From: Raillietiella orientalis
Taxonomy: Eukaryota
Length of the DNA stretch: 64,000 bases
Assembly: GCA_036172245.1 (NCBI GenBank)
Contig: JAYWIR010000004.1
Coordinates: 5,766,001 to 5,830,000, forward strand
Direction of reading: 5' to 3'
Part shown: piece after piece, positions 1 through 14,600 of the stretch
Layout of the letters: each line of letters opens with the position of its first letter
How positions within the stretch are numbered: position 1 is the stretch's first letter
Notes under the pieces: generated by a model
Database searches by the model: none
The model's input: only the letters and a program-made list of their open reading frames with translations
Told to the model about the DNA's origin: nothing
Program-made: the position numbers and the translations under genes

Positions 1-3000
1 TTAGCATGTGGTGCTTTGACATTCCTCTGCCTTCGAGCTTATTCTGCAACGCTGATTTTTAGATTTGTATAGAAAATGGGTCTCCAAAACCAAGTGAAGA
101 TCCTGACAAATTGAACGACGGCGGTACAGGAGTCAGTTACGGTGAGTGATAGGAGGTAAAATACGCCTCATGAGAATACTGATTTCACTGATGATGCCTG
201 AAGAATTATACGCTGAGAACGCCAAACGATAAGAGCTGAAGTGGAATTTACGAACTGCCATGATTGATTCGCCATTCTGTAATGAATTCATTGGGAATCA
301 TGCAAAGCTCAGGGATCTGTATCATGCATGCCTCTCAACACAAAAAATCCCATTGAGTTAACAGCAGTCGTCTCAGCTGTCAGCACAAGCATGCGCAAAC
401 AGATAAAGTTAGCGAAAGACTTTTTCGTCTGTGAGATTCCATCCTAAGTACTGTGCATGGGACCAAAGTACTGGAAGACAGAAACTTCTTCTTACCGATT
501 AGATTCTCCAGCAATATCTTTATACAAATTTTGCTCTCTAGAAGCTGCATCAGGATCTCTCTGGACCAGCACAAGTACACACTGTTTTCCACTGCAGTGA
601 TGGAAACCTGGAAAGTGATTTGACGTCAGTATTTTAGGCACCCCGTTGCCAGTGATACGTTTCCGAAAGCACATTCAGCAAGAATGGATTCTCCACTGGG
701 GCCAATCTCTATAATTCCGAGATGTCTGTGTTCGCACCGCTTCTCATGGGATGAGTGATGATGCGTGTGCTCTTTGGAAGAGATGCGCAGGTTTGGTGTT
801 TGAGCTTTTAAAGTTCGAAAGCGAGAGCTAAAAAGCAGCCGTCTTGCCAGCAGTAGAGGAGCTGAGAAAACCGAGTGACCTCACCAGGCACAAGGAAGGC
901 ATTCGTCATTCATGAAATCCAAAAAAAAAAAGAACTTCCTTGCTACCAACCTTGAGAAAACTAAAGCCGAAGAAACAAACTGGTGGTCAACCGTGGGGGA
1001 GAGGAAAGTTTCAGGACCAACAGAGAGTCCCTCCGGAGGGGGTTTCCCATGCGGACAAGAACTGAAGAAAATTTCCATCTGGAGGGAAATTTCGAAGAAA
1101 TCTCCACCTCTTTCTGCAAGCCTCGCGAGTCGGTTGAGGAAGTGGGCGAACTTTGACACCTGGGAAAGTCCTCAGAGTCGATCATGGACCGTTGCTTCTG
1201 AAGCAGTTTTCCTTGAGAACCCCTTCGTCTGAGTGAGCAGCGGTATCGCTCAGACATCAATTTTCGTTCCCGATGCACTCCCCCATCGCCCGGGGAATCT
1301 TCGGCGCTCCTGAGTGACCTCGTCATTTTCTGGATCTCGCGATCCCAGTCAAGGATCCTACAGCAGGTTTGATCCTGACACGAGTGTTCTTTTGGGAGTC
1401 AACTGGGCAGCCAATTCCTCACGTCCACTCTCCTTATGGTGTGACTGCACTGAGTCCTTGAAATGACAGCTCAGGCAGACTTCTGTGACAACCAACTCCC
1501 TAATTCTTGACGGCGGCATTTACTGTCTCGAGGGTAATCAGGTATTCTGCTTTGTGTGGACGCTACTATCCCAGCAGGAGCAACAGCAAGAACAAAATAA
1601 ACTACCTTCCTGGTCTCGTCCACCTGATTTTGTGAATGGACCAGTGGGTTCTCTCTGAATCATTTCCCGCTTGATTCTCGCTCCGGATCATGGAGTGATG
1701 AGTCGCAGATTTGGATGCGGGTCGGGGAGTAATGGACCACTTCACCTATAATGCAGATTCACCACCTGCGTTCTTCGGGAAGGAATCGCAGTCTGATTCC
1801 AGGCTGTTGAGTTCTCCAGGGCTCAAGAGTCAGGGTCCCCTTCCTTTTCTAGTTGGCTTTCCTTTTCAGTGTCTTTCGGGAGGCAAGTTCTTTTTCAAGA
1901 CATGAATATTTCTTCTGTTCATCCTTTTTCTCTGCGGCTCCAATCAGGGAGAGCCCTCATCATGGTCCAAGGTGCAGGAAGAATTTTCTTCTTCTTCCGT
2001 AAGCATCCTCCAGATTTGATGTGTAGGGAAGGGATGTGACTCTCACATTCCTCGAAACCTTCGGGGTGCGAGGTTAGTCTGGGATCTTAGACAAAAGTTC
2101 TTGCCTTAGCAAGATGCCTCCCCCCTGGATGTCACACTCCCACAGAGTGCTGAGGTCACGGAAGCTCCATCTCGGGAACTATCTGGATTCGAAGGAAATT
2201 GCGCTTCCCTCGGGATCGGGCAGTGCTGAATTCTCAGCCTTTTCGAATCTGAGCAGCGACCAAGACGCGAGGACCGAATCTTCCGTTCCTGTGTGTCACG
2301 GGACAAAAAATTGTCGAAAGTTAGCGGACATGCGTCTTGTGTGGAAGCAGAATGCTTGATGTAGACGGAAGCAGTGAGCTCATTCAAGTCGAGTAACCCT
2401 TGTTACGCAGCAGCGGGGTGTCCCTAATTTCCTGACGCTTCTCCGCTCGCTTCCCGTAAACATGGTTTCCAACCGCCACCCTGGTGAATTTGCTGCTTAG
2501 GGTGAGTGGTTGGTGAAGAGTGGGCTACACTTCCACGCTCTCTTTTGGTGTTCCCAGCAAGCGCATATCGCTTTAGGGAGGTGCGGGGTGAACTACAACG
2601 TGGATGGCGCACCTAAGTGTCTGAGGGAGAGAGAGCGCTTATCGTGAAGTGGCGTGTACTGGGGAGGTTTCTTCGTAGCGCATCTTGAGCTCCCTAAGGA
2701 ATAAGTTCACAGGAAATCACCGCACGGTAAGGCCGTGTCCGCTAAAGGCTTTCCATAGGATATCCTCAGAAAGTCTTCGAAGGGGACTTGATGTCAGCAA
2801 AACACGCATTCGATAGCTTTCTGTACCAGCTGATGCCGAAGAGTTCGTATGTTCTTCCGAGCGTTCTCTTCTTTCGCAGTTTCCCATAATTCCGTTTCCT
2901 AGCAACAGTCTGCGGCACTTGAGCCGTCTTTCATGACTGAGCTCTCTCTGGGAATTCAAGCAAAAGTCTTATTCGAATACAGAGATCGCTAGGGACCTCG

Positions 3001-6000
3001 GAATCCTTTGTTCGTGACTTCGGTAGCCTTTTGAAATGAGGATACTGAAATCAAATCTGAGAATCTCTTGGAAGTTTGGATGCTTCAAAGGACATTGAGA
3101 GCCAATGCAGAAGAAAATACCGAAGAGCATGTTGCAGCGGGGAAGGAGTACGAGGTTCTGGACTCGGGTGATCTGCCTCAAATTCGAATTTTGTTCCATT
3201 CAGTCCTCTTTCCTTGCTCCCAATAGCGTGCATTCGACTTGCTCACAAGTCGAGTGAACGCTATTAGGATTCCGGGAAGTATTTTCGATGTTTTTCTTTT
3301 TTTCCTGGCTTTCAAAGGGCCTCATGAAGGCTGGCCAACATTTTGTTGAAGCCCTTGGTTGGTTGGAATTGCTTCGACAAAGATGACGAGAAGGGAAACG
3401 TGATGGCATGCAATCCGTTGGGAAGGTGGAAGGAAATCCACCGTCTCCCTCAGATGCCAACATCGTAAGGAGTCTGTGATGTGATCGAAGCAGTCTCATT
3501 CACCGTTCTTATGAAGTGCATACGAAATCAACAGTCTTTCCCTTGAATAATGATAAAAGCTTTCTCGTCTCTCCTCATCCCAATACTTGCCAAATGCAAA
3601 TCAGGTATAAGAAAGGAGGGATTAGAAAAGAAAAAAAAAGAAAAAAAAAAAATCAAGCAAACGAAGATTTCGACGCTCGCAACCCTCTTTCGAATATTCT
3701 AGAACCCGATTTCCATCGCCTCAAGCTGTAAATTACTCCATAATTTACATGTAGTTTACGTTCATATCTCCATGAGATCAAAGCCAGCAGCAGCCCTGTC
3801 AAAGCCAAGAACCAAGTCTTCCGAACGACATTCCGCACCATCCCCACTTATGGTATTCATGCTCGGATATACAACTGTCATTACATTCTAGCCATTGTAA
3901 ACTCCTCTTGTCTCAAGGCAACCAGTAGATCTGCACAAACAATTTATGACAGATCATGGTTTCGCAACTGGTTGCGAAACCATGAGTATTGCTCACGGGG
4001 ATCTTCAATTCTCCCATGAGCTCTCACCGGGCATAGGTTCCTGTAGCCTGCGCCACTCTTGTTTCTCTTCGCTTGCTCTTCTGGAAAGCAACTGTACCTT
4101 GCATTCGCAAGTAAGCATGTACGGTCCGTACTTTCTAGAGATGGCATCAGCAAAGCTCAAAGACACGTTGTTTGTGTCTCATTTCACGTTCAAAAAGCAC
4201 TTTCCAGATGCAAAAGCCACGTCTTGTCGACATTGGCAGCCCGGCTCTCGCCCTTGGTTTCTCAATGGGAATTCAGGGAGCACTTTGTGATCGCCGAGTT
4301 CTGAATCACGATTGCGTGTCGGAGTCAAAAGGCAGAGACTCAGCACTGTTAGAGCAAGGGCCTTACGGTGGCGGCGTAGGACTGCTGTAGTGGGATTAAG
4401 AGATCTTCCTCCGCTTGTTGCTTCTTCAATCACTTTCACACAAACCGGAAGACCGCTGCGCGCTAGCCGCGGGGGTAGGTGCCGGATGCACGTCTGTTGA
4501 GAAGCAGAAGAGGCGTTCGTGAGAGGATGGTTGAGGATGGCATTCTCGGATTCAGGAAGGAACTCATAGCCATTCGATTCAATGTGAAAGCTCGAAGATC
4601 GCTCCATCCAGTACATTCCGTCTGGCTTCATGTTCAGACGTGACAAGACGAGGATAAAAGTGAGGAATGGAAGGAGTTTGGTGAAGTTGGGTTAGGTTGG
4701 GTAGCTCTGGCTGGAAGATTTGCACCGCATGGTGGTTAGTGTATTTAAGTTACGTTAGCAATTCAATTGAGGAGGACATTCGGGAAAACCGAAAGGTTCT
4801 CAATCCCGAAACGGTAACGCTTTTTCCCACGATTAGCCATCTAAGAACTGGGTGCCAAAAACTGGAGGATCGGAAAAAACATCTGAGTTAAAAGCAATAA
4901 GATCATTAAAATTAAAGTATTTGTCTCGGAAGGGTCGAATTTCAGATATTTCAAGAGTCGAATCTGTTAAATTTTTATCTCAAATGCACAGACTCCTGTC
5001 CTTTAAAAGGAATACTGCGGATTCTTCTTGTTGGGGTGTTTACTTATGATTTCTCTTGCTTACTTTCTTCAGTGGATGAGTCCATCAAGTCCATTAAGTT
5101 GAGTCCATCTTCTAAAAAAAACATACCGAGACACCGCCTTTGGTATGCTGGGAATGATGAACGTAGGAAAGCGGTGCTGCGGCTTTCGTGGAAGCAATGG
5201 AGGAGGAGGAAAACTCGCAGAGGGCATACTCCGCTAGATTGGCTCACCCGGTAAGGAAATCCTGAACTGATTAATTCTGACGATGTGGAAAATGTGGCTC
5301 TGCAGCAGTGGGTAGAGCCACGTTTTCTGTTGCAAGAGACTTCTGCGACCAGCGCGCTGTGATGCAATAGCTGTCACTTTAGATTGCTCCGTAATGAGAC
5401 ATCAGATTGAAAGAAACGGTGAGATTAGAAAATTCCACGTATTGATGAATTTCGTTAACTCTTCTCCCTCCATTTCGGAGCAGGGGGTCTTTGTCAAGCA
5501 GGAAACAAATGCCTCTTCGAGAAGACAGTTGGCTGTTGCAAGAGACACGATGCCTCGCTCTAGACTGAGTGAACCCGTGCTGAAACCGTAGATCTCGCTG
5601 AATCGTGCTCACAAACCAACTGCAAGACCTCTGCTGTAAGAACGCGATTGCAATTTTTTACAATCATTTGAGATCATCCATTGCAAAGTTGAAACTTGAA
5701 TGATGTGTCGCTTGTTCATTGTGAGAGATGCAGCAGGGGTTGCAGATGAAATTGGTCACATCTGACATACACGTCCTACAGTTGCTTCGAGTTGTGAATG
5801 ACCATCCTTATCCAGCAAGCACTTTTTGATCTTAGTATGAGCTCTCTGTAGCTACGTAGCTGCACTAGAGATGGCTCGGAATGTTGGAGTCTGCCTCCTT
5901 CCTGGTGGGTTTTTTCCCAGATCTCCGCGTGCTTTTCAGGGTCCCTCACGTAGCTGAATCCTCACTCGTTCGAAGTGCTCGTTCATTCTCACATATACCC

Positions 6001-6300
6001 AGCCTCTCGTTCCCATAGGGACATTATGCACATCCGCTAATAGCGAGCTCAAGAATCAATGGTCTGCTGATCGTTTCCAAATGGCTGGAGCTCGTTGAAA
6101 GTGTTTCTCATAGCCTTCTCCAGTCTCCTCCGCGGAGATGTGCAACAGGATTCCACCATTAGCTGATCGATTGTAATTCCTGGAGCTGCTCGGAATAGCA
6201 ATTCATCCGCTCCTTTGCGAATTTTCCAAGTAGTGATTTTCCAATTTTCGGTTGTGAAAGACGCCGCGGGGATCTTCTCTAATCATTATCATGAATATGA
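1..6300 (-). mobile_element. Mosaic of very decayed retroelement ORF1/endonuclease remnants
   Basis: Only fragmentary zinc-knuckle-like (about 5750-5830) and APE-like (about 100-700) peptides; no intact ORF. Confidence 0.3.
3954..3985. repeat. Perfect inverted repeat, 15-bp arms, 2-nt spacer
   Basis: TCATGGTTTCGCAAC-TG-GTTGCGAAACCATGA. Confidence 0.95.
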
Positions 6301-6749
6301 TCTTTGAAAAAAAAAAATAAAAAAAAATTCACAGTAGAGGAATCAAAGAGGGGGATGACGTCAAAATGGAAAATGCAAGGAGAAAGGGACACATTACAGT
6401 AGGATGAGGTTCCATTTTTGCCATGTATCCGAACTTGCTGGTTCTCACGAAGACTAGGAGAGGCCAGTTGAAATCCGTCTGAGCGGACGAATGGAATGTT
6501 GCGACTCTGAGTGTAGACTCTACAAACAAAAGTGGTCTAAAATCTAAACTTCATGAACGGAAGCTTTTCTAGTATTTGGGATTTTTATCTCTTTCCGAAA
6601 AGTCCTAGCCCTAAGAGACGTTCTGAGATGGAGGCTGAGTCACGAGGCGCGACACCTAGAGCCAATGATTGATCCTTCGATGTCGTACGTGCGAAATTCT
6701 AGCTGTGGATTCCTCCTGCGGGAATCTTCTCGAGTCCCCTTTCCTAGAT

Positions 6750-7060
6750 CAACTAGGAAAGGAAACTCTCAATCAGGGTAAGCAGCTAACGTACCTCCAC
6801 TCTCCATACGTGTTGCACGGGTGAAGAAGGATGCGTGTGTTCCCACTCTTCATGTGATACAAGAAGCACATGCCTGACACACCGGGCTGTGATCTTAAGC
6901 TCCATTTCGCAGACAGAGTTGTCGATAGTGCGCTCTTTTCAGGAATCTCCGGTGTCCAAAATTGCATTTTCCTGATGAAAAAACACCACGCTTCGGGAAA
7001 CAATGAAGTCCTCCGCCACACGGATCTAAAGCTGCTCCGTCAAAGCGCTCTGCAGCCCGA
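6750..7060 (-). mobile_element. LINE ORF2 C-terminal zinc-finger remnant
   Basis: WRRTSLFPEAWCFF followed by frameshifted PVCQAC...H.SFFT. Confidence 0.35.
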
Positions 7061-8899
7061 GGAGGATTCGATCTCCTAGAAGAAGATTCCATCCTACGTG
7101 CTCTGTTTTTGCCTTTTTTCCACTAGATTCCTTCAGTTGCCGTGAAAAAAAAAAATTCGTCTCTAGGAGCAGTTACAAAGTTCGTAATGCCGAGGATGTG
7201 GGTTTGGTGATTGCATTGCATCAGCTGTACTCACTGAGTGCCAGTGAATACAGATGATGGTTTTGGCAGAATTAGCAAAGGAAAGTTCTGGTACTCCAGA
7301 TTGGGGAAGTACACAAGAAATGCATGAGGTGTGTAGAATCTTATTACACTGGATGGAATGTGCATTAGCAGTAAAGGGCTGTCTGTACAGTGTGCCAAGA
7401 AGGTAACTCACTGAACGTCGTGTCGGAAAGCCGACACAGCTCTCCAGTGCTGGGGTGTCCTTTTGACTTTCGCCAGTAACAAGAAAAGCATTCGAAATGG
7501 GCTTCCGTGTCCTTCTGGGGATATTCAGTGGCTTCATGTGCCGGACACGAGTATTGTTTGATTACTGTCACAGGAAGTCGAAACTGTAGAATAACACGAG
7601 ATTGCTTTATCTCTTAGCATCACGATCCTAGCTTCCTCTTTAATCCCTGAGTGTTTCTTTTAGAGAGAGGTTCGAAAGCTGATCTTAGTTAGATGGGCTC
7701 TTCTGATGAGCTAATCACAAATTGGTCTGCTTTGCTCAAAAAGTGCAATTTGGGTGGCTTGCAAGGCATGGAGATTTCCCTTTCTGTGTGTTTCCTCTGA
7801 GATCCTGTGAACTCAGAAATTCATAAGAACAAAATAAAAAAAGAGCACCAAAAAATTACACCAGGAAGAAATGAAAATTTTCGCCTGAAGTTAGAAAGAA
7901 GGAATGATCTTCGAGAATTATTCCAACAACTGGGAGCTCTGGACCCCATAAAATAAGATTTTCCATCAGTGTATTGTTTGCATTGTAAAATGAGGAGCAT
8001 CCTCTGTATTTGTAGATTGAGTGTTTGGTTGCCAAGCAAATGTTTAGAAAATCCCACACTAAAGCACGTTCTTGTGACTAATTTATCTGCAGCATTAGTG
8101 CATGCCTGTGTTCACGCTGTTGTCTAAAGAGAAACTATCCAAACTCACCAGTTCCATCCAAACACTATGATTCGGTTCCTTTTTTCCCAAGCATCTAGTA
8201 TTGTAGTTAACAAAGATCTTATGCTGCGTAGCTATCTTAATCCACAAACTAACAGCTCGTGCCGATACAGATGCTTTAAGGAGAATCTGTTGCCATTAAG
8301 AAAGGAAGGAGGAAAATTGCTTTTCTGTTCCGATATCTCAAACCGTCTCTTGCACCCATCACTTGCCATCTGTTGGCAAGGTGAGAAAGGATTTAACAGA
8401 GTGTTTCTGATCACAGATTAGCGATGACCCTGGGATGGAATGTGCAGCACCATCCTCACAGTCGCTCAACTTAGCTGCAAGGCATCGCTGCTGAAGACAT
8501 TCTTCCAACGAATTTCCACAGGAAACATGAGCTGCCGCTTCGAGTGAGGTATTCCCTTTTCCAAACTCGCCATTCATCCACACGAATCTCGTGACGAAAT
8601 TGTTTCTTTTCGCTCCTGCATCGTGAAGCCATGGTTTCATCCACAATCAAGAATCTGATTTTCAAATGTAAGGCAACGGCTCGATAAGGAAAGAATACTC
8701 GAATGACCTCTAGTTGGCAGTGACACATGAATATGTTCTTCGATGCAGATTTACTGATGCGTTTCGAATGGCTTTAGCAGTTTCTTTTTTTTTTTTTTCA
8801 AATAAAAAAAAAATAAGTTCGAGCTGCGGAAGCTGAAACCTCTCAAACAAAAGCTTGTTTTCTCTTGTTTCGGCTTCATTCTCCTTCGTCTTTGTGGCT

Positions 8900-9230
8900 T
8901 AATGCATCATCCTCGGACCTCTTTTCAAGTATGCGAATGCTATCAGGGGATATGCATGATGAAAATCTCTGAGAACACTGAACTAACTAATGCATCTCAG
9001 TTCATTCCTCACAATCATGCAGTACAGATGGGAAAATTGTTTCTGGCTGCGTTTGGAAGCGACATGCAATTTCCGGAGGTCTCTCATCCCATATTTACCT
9101 GGAAAAAGGGAGGATCTTCTTTATAAGTATTACAGTGCAACCATTCTGGAGAATCTATAAACTGATTGGGTTCGATCCAATGAAGAAAACTGTCTTGGAA
9201 AGTGACCATCATCCTGTGTGAGAAAAGAAT
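8900..9230 (+). mobile_element. AP-endonuclease C-terminal remnant of a LINE
   Basis: FTWKKGGSS followed by LESDHHPV (9195-9218; SDH motif). Confidence 0.55.
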
Positions 9231-10670
9231 TAATCTGCGACAGTGCATCATCATCTATAGTTGAGGACAACAACAACCAGCCTAGTGTTCCTCTTATCCA
9301 ACAATATTTTTGTTAATCTTTGCTAGAACTTACTGGTGATCCTTTGGACCAATTTCTCACTGAAAGTCTTAAATAATGCTGAGTTGTGGCCATGCCTTAG
9401 AAATGCGTAGCTGCAGTTTGATAGTTTCTGCATTTGCTACCTCTTCCCACCCACCCATATTCACTCTTCAAACTAAGAGAACAAATAGCACACTGTGAGA
9501 AGACATTTAGAAGGAGCGCTGCGACCTGGCAAACAGTGTTTGGGAGTTCTTGCGGTTACGAGGGAGTCAAAGTTTGAAGACGAAATTTTTCAAGATTGTT
9601 CATGGGTTGTTCCGCACACATGTTCCGGGTTGAAACGCATCGACTTGGAAAGTGAAGACCAGGTTCTGTTCTCGGGCAAGCGCGGATGTGTAAGTTGCAT
9701 AGCGGACTGCTTCGAACAGGCACCTCACATGAGCACGATGGCAGATGAAGTTTTGACTGCACGTATTTTCGTGACGATCACTGGTCTTCCAGAACTGACT
9801 CCAGTTGCTTTACGCCAATACTCCCCAACATTTCTCTTTAAGGAAGATCCCACTACCAGAGTGCATTCCCTTCATTTTCTTCATCTCAGGATGGATGCTT
9901 TCTCCTTAAGAATGAAGGAGGTTTCCAGAAATGCAGCCTGGATGACTGGAATTGCGATTTTCGCGATTTAATTCGACGCATGTCAAAGTCTCCTCTTCCA
10001 AGTCAGAATCACCCATCAGCTTGGCGTCGAGGAGGAAGAACGAGAAGGTGATTACTCAATCCTAATGTTCATTTTCAGAATACAAAGAACGAAGAAGTGG
10101 TCGAAACTGGTTCTGTTTAGAGTTCATCCTTCAGCCAGAGCGTAGCTTGACTACTAATTTGTTGCTGTGAGCGCCAAATCCTCCAAAAAGAAATACGAAT
10201 GAATGAAGCAACTCTTTTTTTTGCTTCTCTTGGGATAGGGATTAGTGGCACGCTCATTCCACCTATTACAAGGTGGCACGAGATACCACCTAAGATCATC
10301 GAATACACTTCGAAATGTTCTTCAGATGAAAAAGACGCAGATTTCTTGGAAAAAGCGTTGTTACGCTAATTGATACTGAGGATAATTGTAAACAAGAGTC
10401 CATTCTGTGTGTTTCTTTTTGTGTGCTCTGGACGAACAAAGGAGTATCAGGGATACCATGTGATGCAGCCTTTACCGAGTATTTTTTTTGAAGTTCCGTG
10501 GATTTTGAAATGAAGGAGTCAGACCTCTGTGAAGAGGCAAAACAGATCGACAGTACTGTTTCAAGTGCTTCGGAAACACTTTCGAGTGGCAAGTGGCAGA
10601 ACACATGACATTTTGGGAATTCCAAAGAATCTACCTCATAAACACTACATACAAGAGGCGTAGTTGTACG

Positions 10671-11489
10671 AAAGTCTTATAGAAAAGCATCCATGAAACA
10701 TGTGTTTGCCACAAACTCGTTCCATTCCAGGGTGAACCAAGAAAACTCGTTTATCTCCACGAGAAGTCTGCCATGCAGGTGCAAGTTTGCATATGGCATG
10801 ATGCATAGGTAAGAAGATGATCTGATCTTGATCTGATCAATGAATTTTTAGGCAAGTATATAAATTTTTAAGGCTGGTAATCGAAGAATATGATGAATGC
10901 TCATATAAGCTGTAAATAAATGATGGCTCCAAACGGGAGATCATGTTTGCTTGGAGTTTTAAGAGAAGGTGAACATTGATTTCTGTATGCCAATGACATT
11001 CGATGATGAAATTTACAGAAGAGGATGAAATAACAAAGCTAATAACATAGCTGAATGCCATATGATTAGATAGACGCAAGGCAAAACAAAAAGTTAACGA
11101 AAATGCTATACAGTAATAATCTAATAATGCATTATTAATTGTTGAAAATTCTTTCGGGTTGGAAGTGAAATAATTTACAAAGCGTTATAAACCCAAGAAG
11201 AATCAGTTCTTTAAACTTTGAATTCATGTCCAACATGTCAACAAGCTCTCTAAGTTAAACACGGAATGTTATTTGAATTGATATCACATCACGGGCACTT
11301 CTGTTCGTTTTTGCAGTTTCAATAAAGATTACTAATTATTAATACTGAAAACTGTTATGGCATTCAAAGATGTCACAACAGTTTTCAGCATTCCCTCCTG
11401 ATGGTGCCAATAATGTTGATGGTGTGTAGCTGAGTGACTGAATGATCAAAACCTTTGATTTTCAAATATAACAGGAATCAAACCCCCCA

Positions 11490-11527
<38 letters not shown>

Positions 11528-11654
11528 CAACTGACTGCACAACTCAATCGTACTCATTAAACGAATTGTAATCTTTTGAAAGTCTTATAGAAAAGTTCTC
11601 CACCAAACACGTGTTTGTCACTCAAGCATTCTATTCAGTAGCAAACTAAGAAAA
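10671..11654 (+). repeat. Diverged ~75-bp direct repeat pair (10671-10745 and 11579-11654)
   Basis: aaagtcttatagaaaag...aaaca[t/c]gtgtttg[c/t]cac...aagaaaa at both positions; a poly(A) run of about 33 nt at 11492-11525 lies between them. Confidence 0.7.
11341..11392 (-). other. Near-perfect 52-nt hairpin of pre-miRNA size
   Basis: Minus strand AATGCTGAAAACTGTTGTGACAT-CTTTGA-ATGCCATAACAGTTTTCAGTATT: a 23-position stem with two G-U pairs and one A-C mismatch. Confidence 0.5.
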
Positions 11655-14600
11655 GACAGCAACATGGAGTTTAGTTCGGAAACATTCTCAAAGAATTGCT
11701 GAAGGATGGAAGGAAGGGTGGGAATTCTGGATGTGTATTATATTTGCTCACTCCTGTGAAAGAAGCTGCTTTGGAGAATCAAGGCTGCTCATTTGTTTAT
11801 GTAAGACAAAAGAACAGAAAAGCCTAAATTAACGCAATAAGCCTTGATTGCATTTTGAACACGAAGGACAGAAGGTGGCTAAATTTCAGGAATTATCATT
11901 TCCCTCCCACATCTTCTGGGCCTCCAAGTGACAATCCAGTTCTGTTCCGTTGTGCCACGTCATCTTGAGCCGTACGCTTTCTGAATTAACGTGAAAATTG
12001 AAAGATCATAAACTTCCATCACCGAAAGAAGTGACCTTCCCTTTTGAACGCCATTGCTTTGCAGTTGAAACAGGGATGCGACCTTCGGAACTATGGAAGT
12101 CAGGTGATTTGGTGTCTACAAGTACATTCTCGTTTTGAAAGAGGCCATCACAAGAAAGAGGATAGCATCCTGTCAGCGTTCTGCCAGATTTAGCAAACCT
12201 TTGCCTATCTCTCTCGATCGTGCTTCCTGATTTGGTTGGTTTGGGCTGGTCGGAGTGTGCTCAGAGATAAACCTCAGCTAGACAAACTTCGAAATAAAAA
12301 GCTAGACATACCACCAAAGGTGAGCAAAAACTTTTGATAACGCACGATAGTACATCTTCAAAAATAGATGTATTTGGTATGCTTTGTTTGTGAAGAGACG
12401 GTTTTCATAGTCAGAATCAGGGACCAAGGACGATCAAATCCAGAGCCAAATCTAGTGATTTTGAACTCTCGGTAGTCTTAACCTTCACAAAAAGTAAGCA
12501 TTTTTTTTTTAAAAAATGGCGTTTTATTTTTAGATCCGAAAGCAATGAATCACATAGGATTCTTGAAGACTCTAGGGAACTCGGAATTTATCTATGCTTT
12601 CGCCTTATCTTTGCGGGGGATACCAATGGATCGAAAAAAGTCCCTAAGGAAAATGTGGGTTTTCAAGGAAATGTTCAGCTGGAATCCGAAAGACACCTAG
12701 GCAAGGGACTTTCGGCTTAAATCGAGAAGGCGCACCACCGCCCTCAGATCAGAAAGCTAATTCGAGAAATCCCTCAAGGAGCACTCTCTTTCGTGATCAT
12801 TCACTCCTGAATGAAATAAAATTAATTCAAGTGGATCTCCATCCGCAGAAAGAGAAACCCCGAAGACTGTCTCTCGCAGCATGATTCTATAAGAACTGGA
12901 AGCACGAATCCTCTGAAATCTCCTCTTCAGTTCACCATCGAAACTCCGAAACCGCGCCGCGTGGGTGCGGGACGCCGTGCGGGGAATTGGATTCCTGTGA
13001 GGGAAGAGACTGTGTGGAAGAAACGCCGCAGAACAACCGCATCGCAGCAGCATCATAGCAACAAGTGCGTCCAGATGTCCAGGGTAGAGTGAAAGAGTCT
13101 CTGGGATCGTGCAATTCGCGTGGAATGCCATGGTGAAAGCCAATACTGACTGATGGCTGGATACGGCTCCGCTTGGCTGATTATTCGAAACTACCTGTGA
13201 CACAGGTCCAGAGTGGAACTTATGGAGCCTCAGCAAGAAACCCTCAAGATAGGAAAGCAATCGGTTTCAATGGGAGAATGAAGAGCTCCAAGGGAATCTC
13301 GTGATTTCCTAGGAAAAATTTAACCAGCCGGATGGAAGTGGAAACCTTGATGCTTGTTCTTTCTTTTTTTTGGGGGGGGGGCGAAAGAAAACTCTATGGA
13401 CTGCTTGGACTTAAGACAATCCTCGGGAACAAAAGCACAAGTTTTTGCAATGTCTTCCTGTTTCCAAAAATAGTTTGCAGATTGCTTTCCAGGAAGAATC
13501 GCTCCATACGTTTATTTCCACCTAGATAAATTCTAGACCTATTTATCATCTTACTGGGGGAGAAGAAACGTTTCAGAGTGACACATTCGATCAGTGTTTT
13601 GAGATCGAGTATCGAAGCGATCCTTTTCGGTCCCTAGGAAGCAAAAAAAAAAAAAAAAAGGCCCCGAAAGAAACATTGGCATCCATGCAAGAAAAAATGA
13701 TAATTTATATCGGAAGCATTGAGAGGAACTCTCGAAGAGTTTCTTCAGCCCACCTCGCCATCTCTGCCCTCCTTGAAGTGCTGCATCACTACTGCTGTAG
13801 AGATGCTTTGAAAATAAATAAATTCATGAGAATCGCAGGTGAGAAGCATCAAACAAAAGTTCCATTGTTAAAATTTGCAAAAATAATGTATTAATACAAT
13901 CACCCTGACAAAGTTATTAAGTCACACTCTAAAGTTTGAACCATTGCTAATGCACCGGGCATAATCAATCAGGTTACAGTTATTGTACTCAATTGTTGTT
14001 TTTCGATTATATCTTATAAAATTGCATAATACACTGTATCATAAAAAATAATAATTGCGCGACTCCAATTATGATGATCAGAATCGCAAATGTTCTCAAT
14101 CTCTGATGCAGTACTGCAGCTACCACAATAAATGTTACCTGCAAAGGACCGCCATTGGTGAGGCTGCGAGCGGCAAGTTTCCTCATGAGTGCTAAGCTCG
14201 TTTCCCCTCCCTCCTCGGAAAGAAGACCGAGATGAAGTCCAAACCGTAGACACCAAAGATGTGAGGAACCAGAGAAGGTAGAGGGAAGATGCCGCATTTT
14301 TGCATTCAGCAATCCTCAGCACTCGCGATGCTCTCAGTGGAAGGTCAGTCCACGATTCAAAAAGGTAAGAACTGCCTCAGGAGCGCGGAGCACTGGTGCT
14401 TAGACAACTTCTGCCCCGCAAGTGGAAGATCGAGAACTGAAGTATAGACAGCTCATCGAGAACGACGATAAACCGAAAACGCGAACTTTTGCGGTTTATG
14501 CCAGAAGACTCGAGGTCGAGTGTTAAATAGGGTCCCCTACCTATGTACATCGAGAAAGTGCATTAGTCAAAATCTAATAGGTAAAAGTAGTCGATGTTAA

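Noticed and set aside
14007..14322. ORFs with a good donor (CAG|GTAAC near 14138) as the next exon of gene B
   Set aside because: No Popeye-domain similarity in any frame and only a weak acceptor.
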